Shown here piece after piece: positions 1 through 6,901 of a stretch of DNA of 9,944 nucleotides. The notes under the pieces were generated by a model, which had not been told where the DNA came from, ran no database searches, and saw only the letters and a program-made list of their open reading frames with translations. Location of the stretch: the IMG/VR virus record IMGVR_UViG_2740892431_000015; one strand, 5' to 3'. Position numbers and translations under genes: made by a program. The stretch's first letter is position 1, and each line of letters starts with the position of its first letter. Source of the stretch: a virus. Lineage: Duplodnaviria; Heunggongvirae; Uroviricota; Caudoviricetes.

Positions 1-27
1 CTAAATCAGTAAGTTGGCAGCATCACC
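1..27 (-). mobile_element. IS1 terminal inverted repeat (IRL-type end), 27-bp fragment; element body lies outside the window to the left
   Basis: Bases 1-27 CTAAATCAGTAAGTTGGCAGCATCACC are the exact reverse complement of the IS1 left terminus GGTGATGCTGCCAACTTACTGATTTAG as I remember it; perfect 27-bp inverted match with 9918-9944. Confidence 0.85.
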
Positions 28-36
28 GGGTGATTA

Positions 37-2142
37 ATGGCTAAAGCATGGAAAGATGTTATCGCCTCTCCACAGTATCAGGCGTTAGCACCAGAACAAA
101 AAGCGCAGGCTCAGGAGCAATACTTCAATGAAGTCGTGGCCCCGCAAGCCGGAGAAAGTGTAGCGCAGGCTAAGCAGGCTTTTTATGCTGCCTATCCACT
201 ACCATCAACGAATGAAATAGACCGATCCCAATCAGCAACTCAAAATATTCAACATACATCATCTGATAATTCTCTTGCGTCAGGGTATGCAAAGTTAGCT
301 ACTCAGCAAAGAGAGGGGCTTGAGCGTTCAGCAGAACAGGGAGCCAGTCTTGGGGCTGCGATGCGCGATGCTATAACAGGCGAAAGCCGAATGACTCCAG
401 AGATGGAGAGACTGCAAAATGTCGACCTTGCCCCAGAGTTAACCTCACTCAGCATGGGTGCTCTAAAAGCTCGATGGTCTCAACTTTTCGGCTCTGACGC
501 ATCTCAGGAAAAGATTCTTCAGAGCATGGGAGCGAAATTAAGGCAGGATGAGAAGGGTAACACTATCGTTTCCCTGCCATCCGGTGATTATGCTCTGAAC
601 AAGCCGGGTTTATCGCCGCAAGACGTGGCATCGTTTCTGGCTAATGCGCTGGCGTTTACACCAGCGGGCAGGGCTGGAACGGTGCTTGGTGCCATAGGAA
701 AATCAGCAGCTACAGATTTAGCACTACAGGGAGCCACCAGCCTTGCTGGTGGAGAAGATATTGATCCGTTACAAACGGTAATTTCTGCTGGCATTGGTGG
801 TATTGGTAAGGGGCTGGAAAATACAGCGAGTGCGGTTTCGAGGGCTGTTCGTGGTGATATGTCGCCTGAAGCAAAGGCTGCTGTCAACTTTGCATCGGAA
901 AGAAATCTGCCGTTAATGACCAGTGACATGCTGAAAGATAAAACCTTTATGCAGAGTCAGGCTCAGACATTAGGCGAAAGAGTTCCTTTTTTTGGAACCG
1001 GTAAGAATCGGCTGAATCAACAACAAGCACGAGAAAATTTAGTCAGAACATTTAGCGATGGTCTGGGTGGCATTTCTGATAAACAGCTTTATGAATCTGC
1101 GACTAAAGGGCAACAAAAATTCATTGAGGCAGCAGGAAAGCGATATAACCGCATAATTGACGCTATGGGGGATACCCCTGTCGATCTCTCAAACACGGTA
1201 AAAGCTATCGACAATCAGATTGCCGTGTTAAGCCGCCCGGGCAAATCTCAGGATAGAGCCGCGGTAAAAGTCTTGCAGCAATTTAAAGACGATATCACCA
1301 GCGGACCAAATGACCTGCGTCTGGCGAGGGAAAACAGAACCGATCTTCGAAAGCGATTTATGGCGTCATCTGACACTGTTGATAAAGATACGCTCCAGAA
1401 AGCCAGCGATATTATCTACAAGGCATATACGGCGGATATGAAAAAAGCCGTAGCCAAAAATCTTGGAGCAGACGAAGCCATTAATATGGCAAGGGTTGAT
1501 CGGTCATGGTCTAAATTCAATGACATGATGGGAAGAACGCGCGTTCAAAAGGCAATAGCCAGCGGTAAGGCCACGCCTGAGGATGTAACAAAACTCGTTT
1601 TTAGCCAAAGCCCATCAGAACGTTCTCAGCTTTACAGGCTTCTGGATGACAATGGTAGGCAAAACGCACGAGCAGCCATAGTTCAGAATGCTGTAGATAA
1701 GGCGACTGATCCGTCTGGAAATATCAGTGTTGAGAAGTTTATTAATGCGTTACACCGGAACAGGAAGCAATCAGCAACTTTCTTTAAAGGCGTACATGGA
1801 AAGGAACTGGACGGCGTTATTAAATACCTCAACGATACAAGACACGCGGCAAAAGCGAACGTTCAAAACTTAAATGGTCAGCAGCTTTATGGATTGTTAG
1901 TTGGTGGTGGCATCATAAACGCAGCAGTATTAGCGGGGATGCTAAAAACGGCTGCGTTTGTTGTTCCTGCTGCTGGTGCCGTAGGCGGAGCAGCGAAGGC
2001 ATACGAAAGCCCTGTTATACGAAATGCCTTGTTACGTCTGGCAAATACGCCAAAAGGTAGCACAGCATATGACAGAGCGATCAGTACGGTCACACAATCG
2101 CTCACCAGAGTCGCACAGGCATCACAAAAAGAAGCTCAATAA
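37..2142 (+). CDS. Large hypothetical protein (701 aa), Ala/Gln/Lys-rich and probably helical, with internal Gly-rich segment and C-terminal glycine-zipper-like hydrophobic hairpin; candidate membrane-active protein (bacteriocin-like toxin, or phage tape-measure/ejection protein)
   Basis: Long uninterrupted ORF in typical-GC DNA; ATG at 37 preceded by GGGTGA; in-frame TGA at 31-33 means the frame cannot extend upstream. Hydrophobic Gly/Ala-rich stretch LLVGGGIINAAVLAGMLKTAAFVVPAAGAVGGAAKAY near residues 623-662, followed by a ~40-aa polar tail. Antisense ORFs inside it are shadows. Confidence 0.8.
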   Translation: MAKAWKDVIASPQYQALAPEQKAQAQEQYFNEVVAPQAGESVAQAKQAFYAAYPLPSTNEIDRSQSATQNIQHTSSDNSLASGYAKLATQQREGLERSAEQGASLGAAMRDAITGESRMTPEMERLQNVDLAPELTSLSMGALKARWSQLFGSDASQEKILQSMGAKLRQDEKGNTIVSLPSGDYALNKPGLSPQDVASFLANALAFTPAGRAGTVLGAIGKSAATDLALQGATSLAGGEDIDPLQTVISAGIGGIGKGLENTASAVSRAVRGDMSPEAKAAVNFASERNLPLMTSDMLKDKTFMQSQAQTLGERVPFFGTGKNRLNQQQARENLVRTFSDGLGGISDKQLYESATKGQQKFIEAAGKRYNRIIDAMGDTPVDLSNTVKAIDNQIAVLSRPGKSQDRAAVKVLQQFKDDITSGPNDLRLARENRTDLRKRFMASSDTVDKDTLQKASDIIYKAYTADMKKAVAKNLGADEAINMARVDRSWSKFNDMMGRTRVQKAIASGKATPEDVTKLVFSQSPSERSQLYRLLDDNGRQNARAAIVQNAVDKATDPSGNISVEKFINALHRNRKQSATFFKGVHGKELDGVIKYLNDTRHAAKANVQNLNGQQLYGLLVGGGIINAAVLAGMLKTAAFVVPAAGAVGGAAKAYESPVIRNALLRLANTPKGSTAYDRAISTVTQSLTRVAQASQKEAQ

Positions 2143-2161
2143 CTGGTTAGCCATGGATGGC

Positions 2162-2776
2162 TTAGATATCTCTGCTGTCTCCATTAGGAAATAAAAGATA
2201 ATATGGATTTGCCTTTCTTGCTCTCCTTGCTTCACCCGGATACCTGTTAGTCAGTAGCTTGCATAATGAGCAGAGAACAACACTCAAGAAAATTCCGAAT
2301 GAGAAGATCAATATCTCACCAAAAATCAATGGCGATATTAAATTTTCAGGATTTAATGATAAGTCAATGTTAAAAACATATTGAGCAATACCAGTAAGTA
2401 TCAATAATATAATCCCTATGGAATACATTGCTGTTTCCCAAACATCAGACAGTCTATTTTTGAATTGTTCGCTGGAGTAGTAGTTTGTTATAAAGTCAGA
2501 AAAATCACTCTCATATGCATCATCTTTAGGTGATGTTAGAAATCCTCTGTCTCTCCATACCTTCTCCCAATTAGTCGATTCTTTTTTTAAGGAAAAATAA
2601 ATATGTATTCCCAAAAGGATAGCCAAAATTGGTGTTAGCTCTAAAAAATAGAATGTTATGGAATAAATAATACTGCCATGTTCAAACTCATCTGGGACTA
2701 TCATGTATGCACAAAAATAAATTGAAAAGTACACCATGCAGATAGTTAGCAATTCTTTAGTATCTTTTCTGCTCAC
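2162..2776 (-). CDS. Low-GC integral membrane protein, about four predicted TM helices (204 aa); candidate immunity or exclusion protein
   Basis: GTG start at 2776 with AGGGGG Shine-Dalgarno about 6 nt upstream on the minus strand; four hydrophobic stretches (LLTICMVYFSIYFCAYMIV, IIYSITFYFLELTPILAILLGIHIYF, AMYSIGIILLILTGIAQYVF, ISPLIFGEILIFSFGIFLSVVLCSLCKLL); strongly AT-rich compared with the flanking genes; convergent with the 701-aa ORF, stops 19 bp apart. Confidence 0.7.
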   Translation of the reverse strand: MSRKDTKELLTICMVYFSIYFCAYMIVPDEFEHGSIIYSITFYFLELTPILAILLGIHIYFSLKKESTNWEKVWRDRGFLTSPKDDAYESDFSDFITNYYSSEQFKNRLSDVWETAMYSIGIILLILTGIAQYVFNIDLSLNPENLISPLIFGEILIFSFGIFLSVVLCSLCKLLTNRYPGEARRARKANPYYLLFPNGDSRDI

Positions 2777-2885
2777 ACCAACCCCCTTTAGCGTTGTTTA
2801 GAATGGCAATCATCATATATCCAAGACATGGCATTTGGTACATAGCTTGGGTCGGGATTTCAAGTCCGCTCCCAGTTGATGGGGC

Positions 2886-3040
2886 CGTTACAGTACGCGC
2901 ATATCCGCTTTATGTGAAACAGGAAGATTTTTCTGATATCACTGCCACAGCAAAACACCAATTTCGTGACCAGTACGCGCGCGAGGGGTATCAGTTGCAA
3001 AATTTTTTGCAACTGCGTCCGACCAGTACGCACACGATGG
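2886..3040 (+). repeat. Three degenerate same-orientation copies of a CAGTACGCGCGCGA-type (CG)n-palindrome element
   Basis: cagtacgcgcatatcc at 2891-2906, gaccagtacgcgcgcgagggg at 2968-2988, gaccagtacgcacacgatgg at 3021-3040, in a ~520-bp stretch with no convincing gene. Confidence 0.6.
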
Positions 3041-3230
3041 CGGGGGATACCATAAAACTGTTCTCTACATGAGACAGAGTGGTGGTGATGTGTTGATTAT
3101 CGGCGTATATGCGCACAGGACGCGCTATGACGATGTTTTATGCGGGTACACCAATCACATGTATCTGGTGTGATAAATCGCGTTACATGACCTCTCATGT
3201 TGTGCTGGTGGTTATCACGACTTTCTGAAT

Positions 3231-3274
3231 CTGGCCTTTGCCTGATATTTTGCGACAAGTACGCGCGCGTAGCA
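3231..3274 (+). repeat. Copy of a ~45-bp repeat ending in GACAAGTACGCGCGCGTAGCA (contains perfect palindrome TACGCGCGCGTA)
   Basis: ctggcctttgcctgatattttgcgacaagtacgcgcgcgtagca; about 80 percent identical to the copy at 4608-4652; sits just beyond the 3' end of the minus-strand 73-aa gene. Confidence 0.65.
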
Positions 3275-3297
3275 TCGACAGCATACACATTGGATAT

Positions 3298-3519
3298 TCA
3301 TTTTGTGACCAATGCGATAAGTAGCGGGATAAGAATTGATAAAATCAACAGGCCGATGATCCACTTTTGATTTTCACTGGCCTTATCTCTATTTTCATCA
3401 ATCTTATCAATAATTCGACGCTCCAATCCGTGCATATCACCGCGAATGGCAATCATCTCATTGCGAACATCAGGGAAGTGGTTGGCTTGATGTTCAATGT
3501 GTGGCGTTCTGCCTTTCAT
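3298..3519 (-). CDS. Small tail-anchored membrane protein (73 aa): ~50-aa charged N-terminal region plus one C-terminal TM helix
   Basis: ATG at 3519 with GAGGA Shine-Dalgarno 6 nt upstream on the minus strand; C-terminal WIIGLLILSILIPLLIALV hydrophobic helix; 79 bp downstream of the RHH gene on the same strand, so probably co-transcribed. Confidence 0.55.
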   Translation of the reverse strand: MKGRTPHIEHQANHFPDVRNEMIAIRGDMHGLERRIIDKIDENRDKASENQKWIIGLLILSILIPLLIALVTK

Positions 3520-3598
3520 ATCTGATCCTCACCTATCGTCACTACCTGCTGGTGTATAAAGGTATTGGCCCAAGCAACTTTCCAATGGGCACTCATGT

Positions 3599-4054
3599 TT
3601 ATACGCTGACCTTACAATCAATCACTGCTTTTAGCTTTTCAGCATTGCTTCCCTGACGCTTCCACGCGCTGTAAATATCTTTATCCCACGCTTTACCAGC
3701 TTTTGTTTGATAGCCTGCTTCATTGATCCGTTCAGCTATCACACGCCCATTATCAAATCCCTGTTGGATGGTATCGGCAATGATCTTTATAACTGCCGTT
3801 TCGTTATATGGTTTTGGTGGGATGTTCGGCTTTCCGGCAATAAGCGACGCAGCGGCTTTTTCCATGCGCTCCACCAGCCCAAGCATTCGTGAATCAATAG
3901 ACTTTTCCGGCTGCCCCAGCTTCATGCGAATCGCATCAACAAGCCAGGAGGTTTTATCTCCTCCAGAAGCGAGAACAGACCGATTAAACTCATCCTGCAA
4001 TTCAGATGGGATGCGGAACGCGACCAGATTAGATTTGCTCATTGCAAAGACCAT
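3599..4054 (-). CDS. Ribbon-helix-helix (CopG/Arc/MetJ-like) DNA-binding protein with ~100-aa C-terminal extension (151 aa)
   Basis: N-terminus LVAFRIPSELQDEFNRSVLASGGDKTSWLVDAIRMKL fits the RHH pattern of beta-strand, helix, G-x-T/S turn, helix (my pattern recognition, not a search). First gene of a two-gene minus-strand unit; palindromic operator and iterons immediately upstream. Start may be the second ATG at 4042. Confidence 0.65.
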   Translation of the reverse strand: MVFAMSKSNLVAFRIPSELQDEFNRSVLASGGDKTSWLVDAIRMKLGQPEKSIDSRMLGLVERMEKAAASLIAGKPNIPPKPYNETAVIKIIADTIQQGFDNGRVIAERINEAGYQTKAGKAWDKDIYSAWKRQGSNAEKLKAVIDCKVSV

Positions 4055-4086
4055 ATCAGTGAGTAATATCCATACAGTATACCACT

Positions 4087-4103
4087 GTATAACACTGTTA
4101 TAC
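4087..4103. promoter_or_regulatory. Perfect 17-bp palindrome GTATAACACTGTTATAC, candidate operator in the promoter region of the minus-strand RHH operon
   Basis: Read directly: arms gtataaca / tgttatac around central C at 4095; lies 33-49 bp upstream of the minus-strand start codon at 4054. Confidence 0.4.
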
Positions 4104-4149
4104 GCTCAAATATCAGCCAGAAAATAACGGACCAATCACAAATCTATCG

Positions 4150-4268
4150 CTGTGTTGTTGGTTCAGAGCTGGGCTGTGTTGGTTCAAAATGAGTTGATGT
4201 TGGTTCAATATTTCAGAAAAAACACAATAAAAACAACAATCTTTACAAATTGAACCAACTGAACCAAC
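4150..4268. promoter_or_regulatory. Iteron-like array: three direct TGTTGGTTCA repeats at exact 21-bp spacing plus two tandem inverted TGAACCAAC copies, between divergent genes
   Basis: TGTTGGTTCA at 4156-4165, 4177-4186, 4198-4207; TGAACCAAC at 4251-4259 and 4260-4268; TATAAT at 4281-4286 just before the ATG at 4300. Confidence 0.55.
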
Positions 4269-4299
4269 TATGCTTATCTATATAATCTGAGAGGCAGAA

Positions 4300-4581
4300 A
4301 TGATAAGGGACAGGAAAGCTGAAGAGCTGGAGTCAAAAGGGCTATACCGGAGAGCTGCCGCACGATGGATGGAAGTCATGCTGTTATGCACCGAGGACGA
4401 TGATCGGGAATGGATAAAGCGCCGCCGTGAAACGTGTCTGGAGAACGTGAAGCGCCCGCCCGTGAAGGTTGAGGAATTTGGCGACCTGCATAAAGCTGTT
4501 ACCGAAACGCAACACCGCATGGGGATAGCGCAACCGAACGGTAACGCCTTCCGGTTAAATGGCGGCAAGAGGCAAAGGTAG
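4300..4581 (+). CDS. PerC-family-like transcriptional activator (93 aa)
   Basis: GAGAGG Shine-Dalgarno at 4289-4294; N-terminus MIRDRKAEELESKGLYRRAAARW resembles the PerC/Pch small-activator signature as I remember it; size fits (~90 aa). Family call is from memory, not a search. Confidence 0.65.
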   Translation: MIRDRKAEELESKGLYRRAAARWMEVMLLCTEDDDREWIKRRRETCLENVKRPPVKVEEFGDLHKAVTETQHRMGIAQPNGNAFRLNGGKRQR

Positions 4582-4585
4582 ACCA

Positions 4586-4607
4586 CCAGAGGGAAATCAT
4601 CCTCTGG
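4586..4607 (+). terminator. Possible weak intrinsic terminator hairpin after the PerC-like gene
   Basis: ccagagg (4586-4592) pairs with cctctgg (4601-4607), 8-nt loop; downstream T-content is only moderate. Confidence 0.25.
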
Positions 4608-4652
4608 CTGGCGGTTTCTGGTATTTCGGGACAAGTACGCGCGCGCGTAGCA
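4608..4652 (+). repeat. Second copy of the ~45-bp repeat ending in GACAAGTACGCGCGCGCGTAGCA (contains palindrome TACGCGCGCGCGTA)
   Basis: ctggcggtttctggtatttcgggacaagtacgcgcgcgcgtagca; same orientation as the 3231-3274 copy; lies just 3' of the PerC-like gene. Confidence 0.65.
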
Positions 4653-4878
4653 CCCAATCGGTGAGGAAATAGCGGCGACCTGAATGGTCAAAATCACAAC
4701 GCAGCTATCCCCGTAAGCAGCGCTTAACGGAATAGCAGTAACCTGAATCCAGTGGGGAGGGGGTAGTCAAATCTCTACAGCCCTGACTATCCGGGACTGC
4801 CCGCCCCATCGTTTTTTTATACCCGCGAAAAATGAAATTTAATCCGGGCGTGTTTCATTCTTCCAGAGGGTATGACGT

Positions 4879-5064
4879 ATGACACCACGCGAAATAGCCT
4901 TATTGACCATCGCCAAACTTGAGCACGGAGGCCACCAGCTTACACAGGCAGATCAACGGGAGATAGAACGATCAGTTAATGCCGATATAGCCCGGCGCGA
5001 CAGGTTCCGCGAAATGATGCGAGCACCTGCCTACCAGTGGAAGAAGCCAGCGCCGCGCAGGTAG
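4879..5064 (+). CDS. Small hypothetical protein (61 aa)
   Basis: ATG at 4879 with AGAGGG Shine-Dalgarno 8 nt upstream; same strand and immediately upstream of the pRiA4b-ORF3-like gene; no recognisable family. Confidence 0.4.
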   Translation: MTPREIALLTIAKLEHGGHQLTQADQREIERSVNADIARRDRFREMMRAPAYQWKKPAPRR

Positions 5065-5184
5065 ATATGGGATTATTCCACATGTAACTTATGCGTATTA
5101 AGCAAATTTCCTTTATTCACCTTTACAGAATTGTGAGTACGTCAGTATCGTTATCCTTCCGATTCGCATTTATTCAGGATTTGC

Positions 5185-5727
5185 ATGTACCAGCTAAAGA
5201 TAACCATCCGAGACAGCAAACCACCTATATGGCGGCGTGTGCTGGTTCCAGAGCAAATCCCCTTTAGTAAACTTCATGCCGTGATCCAGTTAGCTTTTGG
5301 CTGGAATGACGAACACCTGTATATGTTCGAGAAAGGGCGTAAAGGTGATCCAGGTAGCGAGTATCGCGTATGGGGTGAGGATGAAAGCATGGGTAACGCG
5401 GCAATCACGCCACTATGGGCGGCGCTCCAGAATGAGGGTGACAAGCTGGTTTACACGTATGACTTTGGCGACTGGTGGGATTGCGTCATTGTGCTGGAGA
5501 AGCAAACACACGATACGAGTAATCAGCCCATTAGCTGCCTGCGTGGGAAAGGCACCACCCCGGCGGAAAACTCAGGCGGCTTGCATGGTTACAATGAATT
5601 GCTATTACAGGCCAGAGAGTCTGATAATCCTGAGCAGGCCGAGATCCACAATTTCCTGATGCTGGATATTGAACGCCGGGTTTACGACCTGAGCCGCATC
5701 AACGACAGATTGCAGGCTATTAACTGA
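5185..5727 (+). CDS. pRiA4b ORF-3-like family protein (180 aa), the family of the IS1096 'TnpR'-like protein; function unknown
   Basis: N-terminus YQLKITIRDSKPPIWRRVLVPEQIPFSKLHAVIQLAFGWNDEHLYMF matches the conserved IWRR...LH.VIQ..(F/M)GW..HLY.F signature I recall for this family. Confidence 0.8.
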   Translation: MYQLKITIRDSKPPIWRRVLVPEQIPFSKLHAVIQLAFGWNDEHLYMFEKGRKGDPGSEYRVWGEDESMGNAAITPLWAALQNEGDKLVYTYDFGDWWDCVIVLEKQTHDTSNQPISCLRGKGTTPAENSGGLHGYNELLLQARESDNPEQAEIHNFLMLDIERRVYDLSRINDRLQAIN

Positions 5728-6079
5728 CCCGCATGTATTCACCTGATATTGCGTTGTCAGCGCCGCCAGTATCGCGCATAACAGCGCACTGACCGGGTAA
5801 ACCGTAGCGCACGACCGTTGCGTTAGTATCACCGCCGCGCCGTATCTGGCGCGATTCATACACTGTCACCCGCTCAAGCAGTCCACCAGCAACCATGCTT
5901 TCCAGTGTGCGCCGGGTTGATTCGAGCTGGTGACGCTTATCGAACGACACCATGCCATGAAGCAGGTAGGCCACACCCGACACATCGAACGGCGGCGCAC
6001 CAATCTCACCAGTCACCCATTCGAGGTTATCCGGTTCAAAGTAGCTAAGTATCTCTTTTTTGCGGCTGGTCATTCTCAT
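5720..6079 (-). CDS. Hypothetical protein (119 aa), possibly a winged-helix DNA-binding protein
   Basis: ATG at 6079 with AAGGAA ~11 nt upstream on the minus strand; imperfect 32-bp palindrome upstream; 3' end overlaps the convergent 5185-5727 gene by 8 bp. GC-rich region with long ORFs in several frames, so coding status is uncertain. Confidence 0.5.
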   Translation of the reverse strand: MRMTSRKKEILSYFEPDNLEWVTGEIGAPPFDVSGVAYLLHGMVSFDKRHQLESTRRTLESMVAGGLLERVTVYESRQIRRGGDTNATVVRYGLPGQCAVMRDTGGADNAISGEYMRVS

Positions 6080-6092
6080 GGCTGGCTGATTC

Positions 6093-6124
6093 CTTATTGT
6101 GGGATAGCACTATCATACAATAAG
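6093..6124. promoter_or_regulatory. Compound imperfect palindrome (CTTATTGT ... GATAG-CA-CTATC ... ACAATAAG), candidate operator upstream of the 119-aa minus-strand gene
   Basis: Read directly: 8-bp outer arms at 6093-6100 and 6117-6124 with a nested GATAG/CTATC inner palindrome; 26 of 32 positions symmetric. Confidence 0.4.
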
Positions 6125-6901
6125 TGGGTTAAAGGGAGAGCGTTACCGCCTGATATGCTGTATGAATAACAACCAAATTTCAGGGGCGGAAAAAGATATG
6201 GGGGTACTTTTGGGGGTATCTATAAAAAATGAACAATAAAAAAGGCAACAAAAACAAAGCTTATCGCCTATGTGTATTGTTCCTATTATCGCACAATCAA
6301 GAAAATCAATAACTTAGCTTAACTTCTCTAAGAAATTGTATCTTCTGTTATCACTTACAAACGCCTATACGTTGTTATGGGCTTTGGTAGTGTAACACGT
6401 ATGGGCGAGTAGTTCCCAGGCTCAACCTCGTAACAAGTTCCTTTGAAGCTGGAAGACGTGCCACCGTCTCTAAACCTTCTACCAAAACTCTTAGCAAGAT
6501 GTTCCACACCTGGCGCGGTGTCCAATGATGCTACACGTCGTGAGACGTTGCAGAGGATAAACAGGCTAAATGATGGGAAGAGTTTTAAGTGCAATAGTGG
6601 ATCAAAGCCCACCTCTTCAAAACCTAACTTGATCGGGAAAGAATCAAGCTCTAGCACGGTTTCGTCCACCGGAGTACAACGGGTGCCTGATAAGAGAAGA
6701 ACTGCTAAGACTTCATAGCTTTTGTGAAAAAGCCCTTTTAGTGGATACGCCTACGGCGCTTATTTTTTGGGGTAGCCCATCAAAGGCGCTTTATGGCTCC
6801 TATTGTCTTGAAAATGTATCTTTACTTGTATTGTGTTTTATGCGTAGTCTCCCTGTGTAGTATGTAACTTGTTAATTTTCATATGAATACAGAGGCACAC
6901 G

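Noticed and set aside
588-929. 113-aa minus-strand ORF inside the 701-aa gene (the same applies to 1887-2105)
   Set aside because: Antisense shadow ORFs within a long, well-supported CDS; no ribosome-binding site and low-complexity translation.
2149-2162. Inverted repeat AGCCAT-GG-ATGGCT between the convergent genes as a bidirectional terminator
   Set aside because: The 2-nt spacer is too short for a hairpin loop and there is no flanking T-run.
2794-3072. 92-aa plus-strand ORF across the (CG)n repeat cluster
   Set aside because: TTG start, no Shine-Dalgarno, and its length is created by the repeats themselves; treated as noncoding repeat DNA, although a repeat-containing small protein cannot be fully excluded.
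3097-3288. 63-aa minus-strand ORF
   Set aside because: His/Arg/Cys-rich, no ribosome-binding site, overlaps the repeat element; likely spurious.
4071-4103. Possible LexA (SOS) box from the CTGT/ACAG motifs
   Set aside because: The spacing does not fit CTGT-N8-ACAG; the sequence is better described as the 17-bp palindrome GTATAACACTGTTATAC with unknown binder.
3707-4127. Plus-strand ORFs 3707-3892 and 3723-4127 overlapping the RHH gene
   Set aside because: Antisense to the better-supported minus-strand gene; Cys/Trp/Phe-rich implausible composition.
4278-4697. 139-aa minus-strand ORF overlapping the PerC-like gene
   Set aside because: Antisense shadow; Ser/Arg/Cys-rich junk-like sequence; runs through the repeat element.
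5297-6169. ORFs 5297-5659 (+), 5605-5859 (-) and 5930-6169 (+) in the GC-rich block
   Set aside because: Alternative-frame or antisense ORFs typical of GC-rich DNA; Arg/Cys-rich; the in-frame pRiA4b-ORF3-like gene has a clear family signature and takes precedence.
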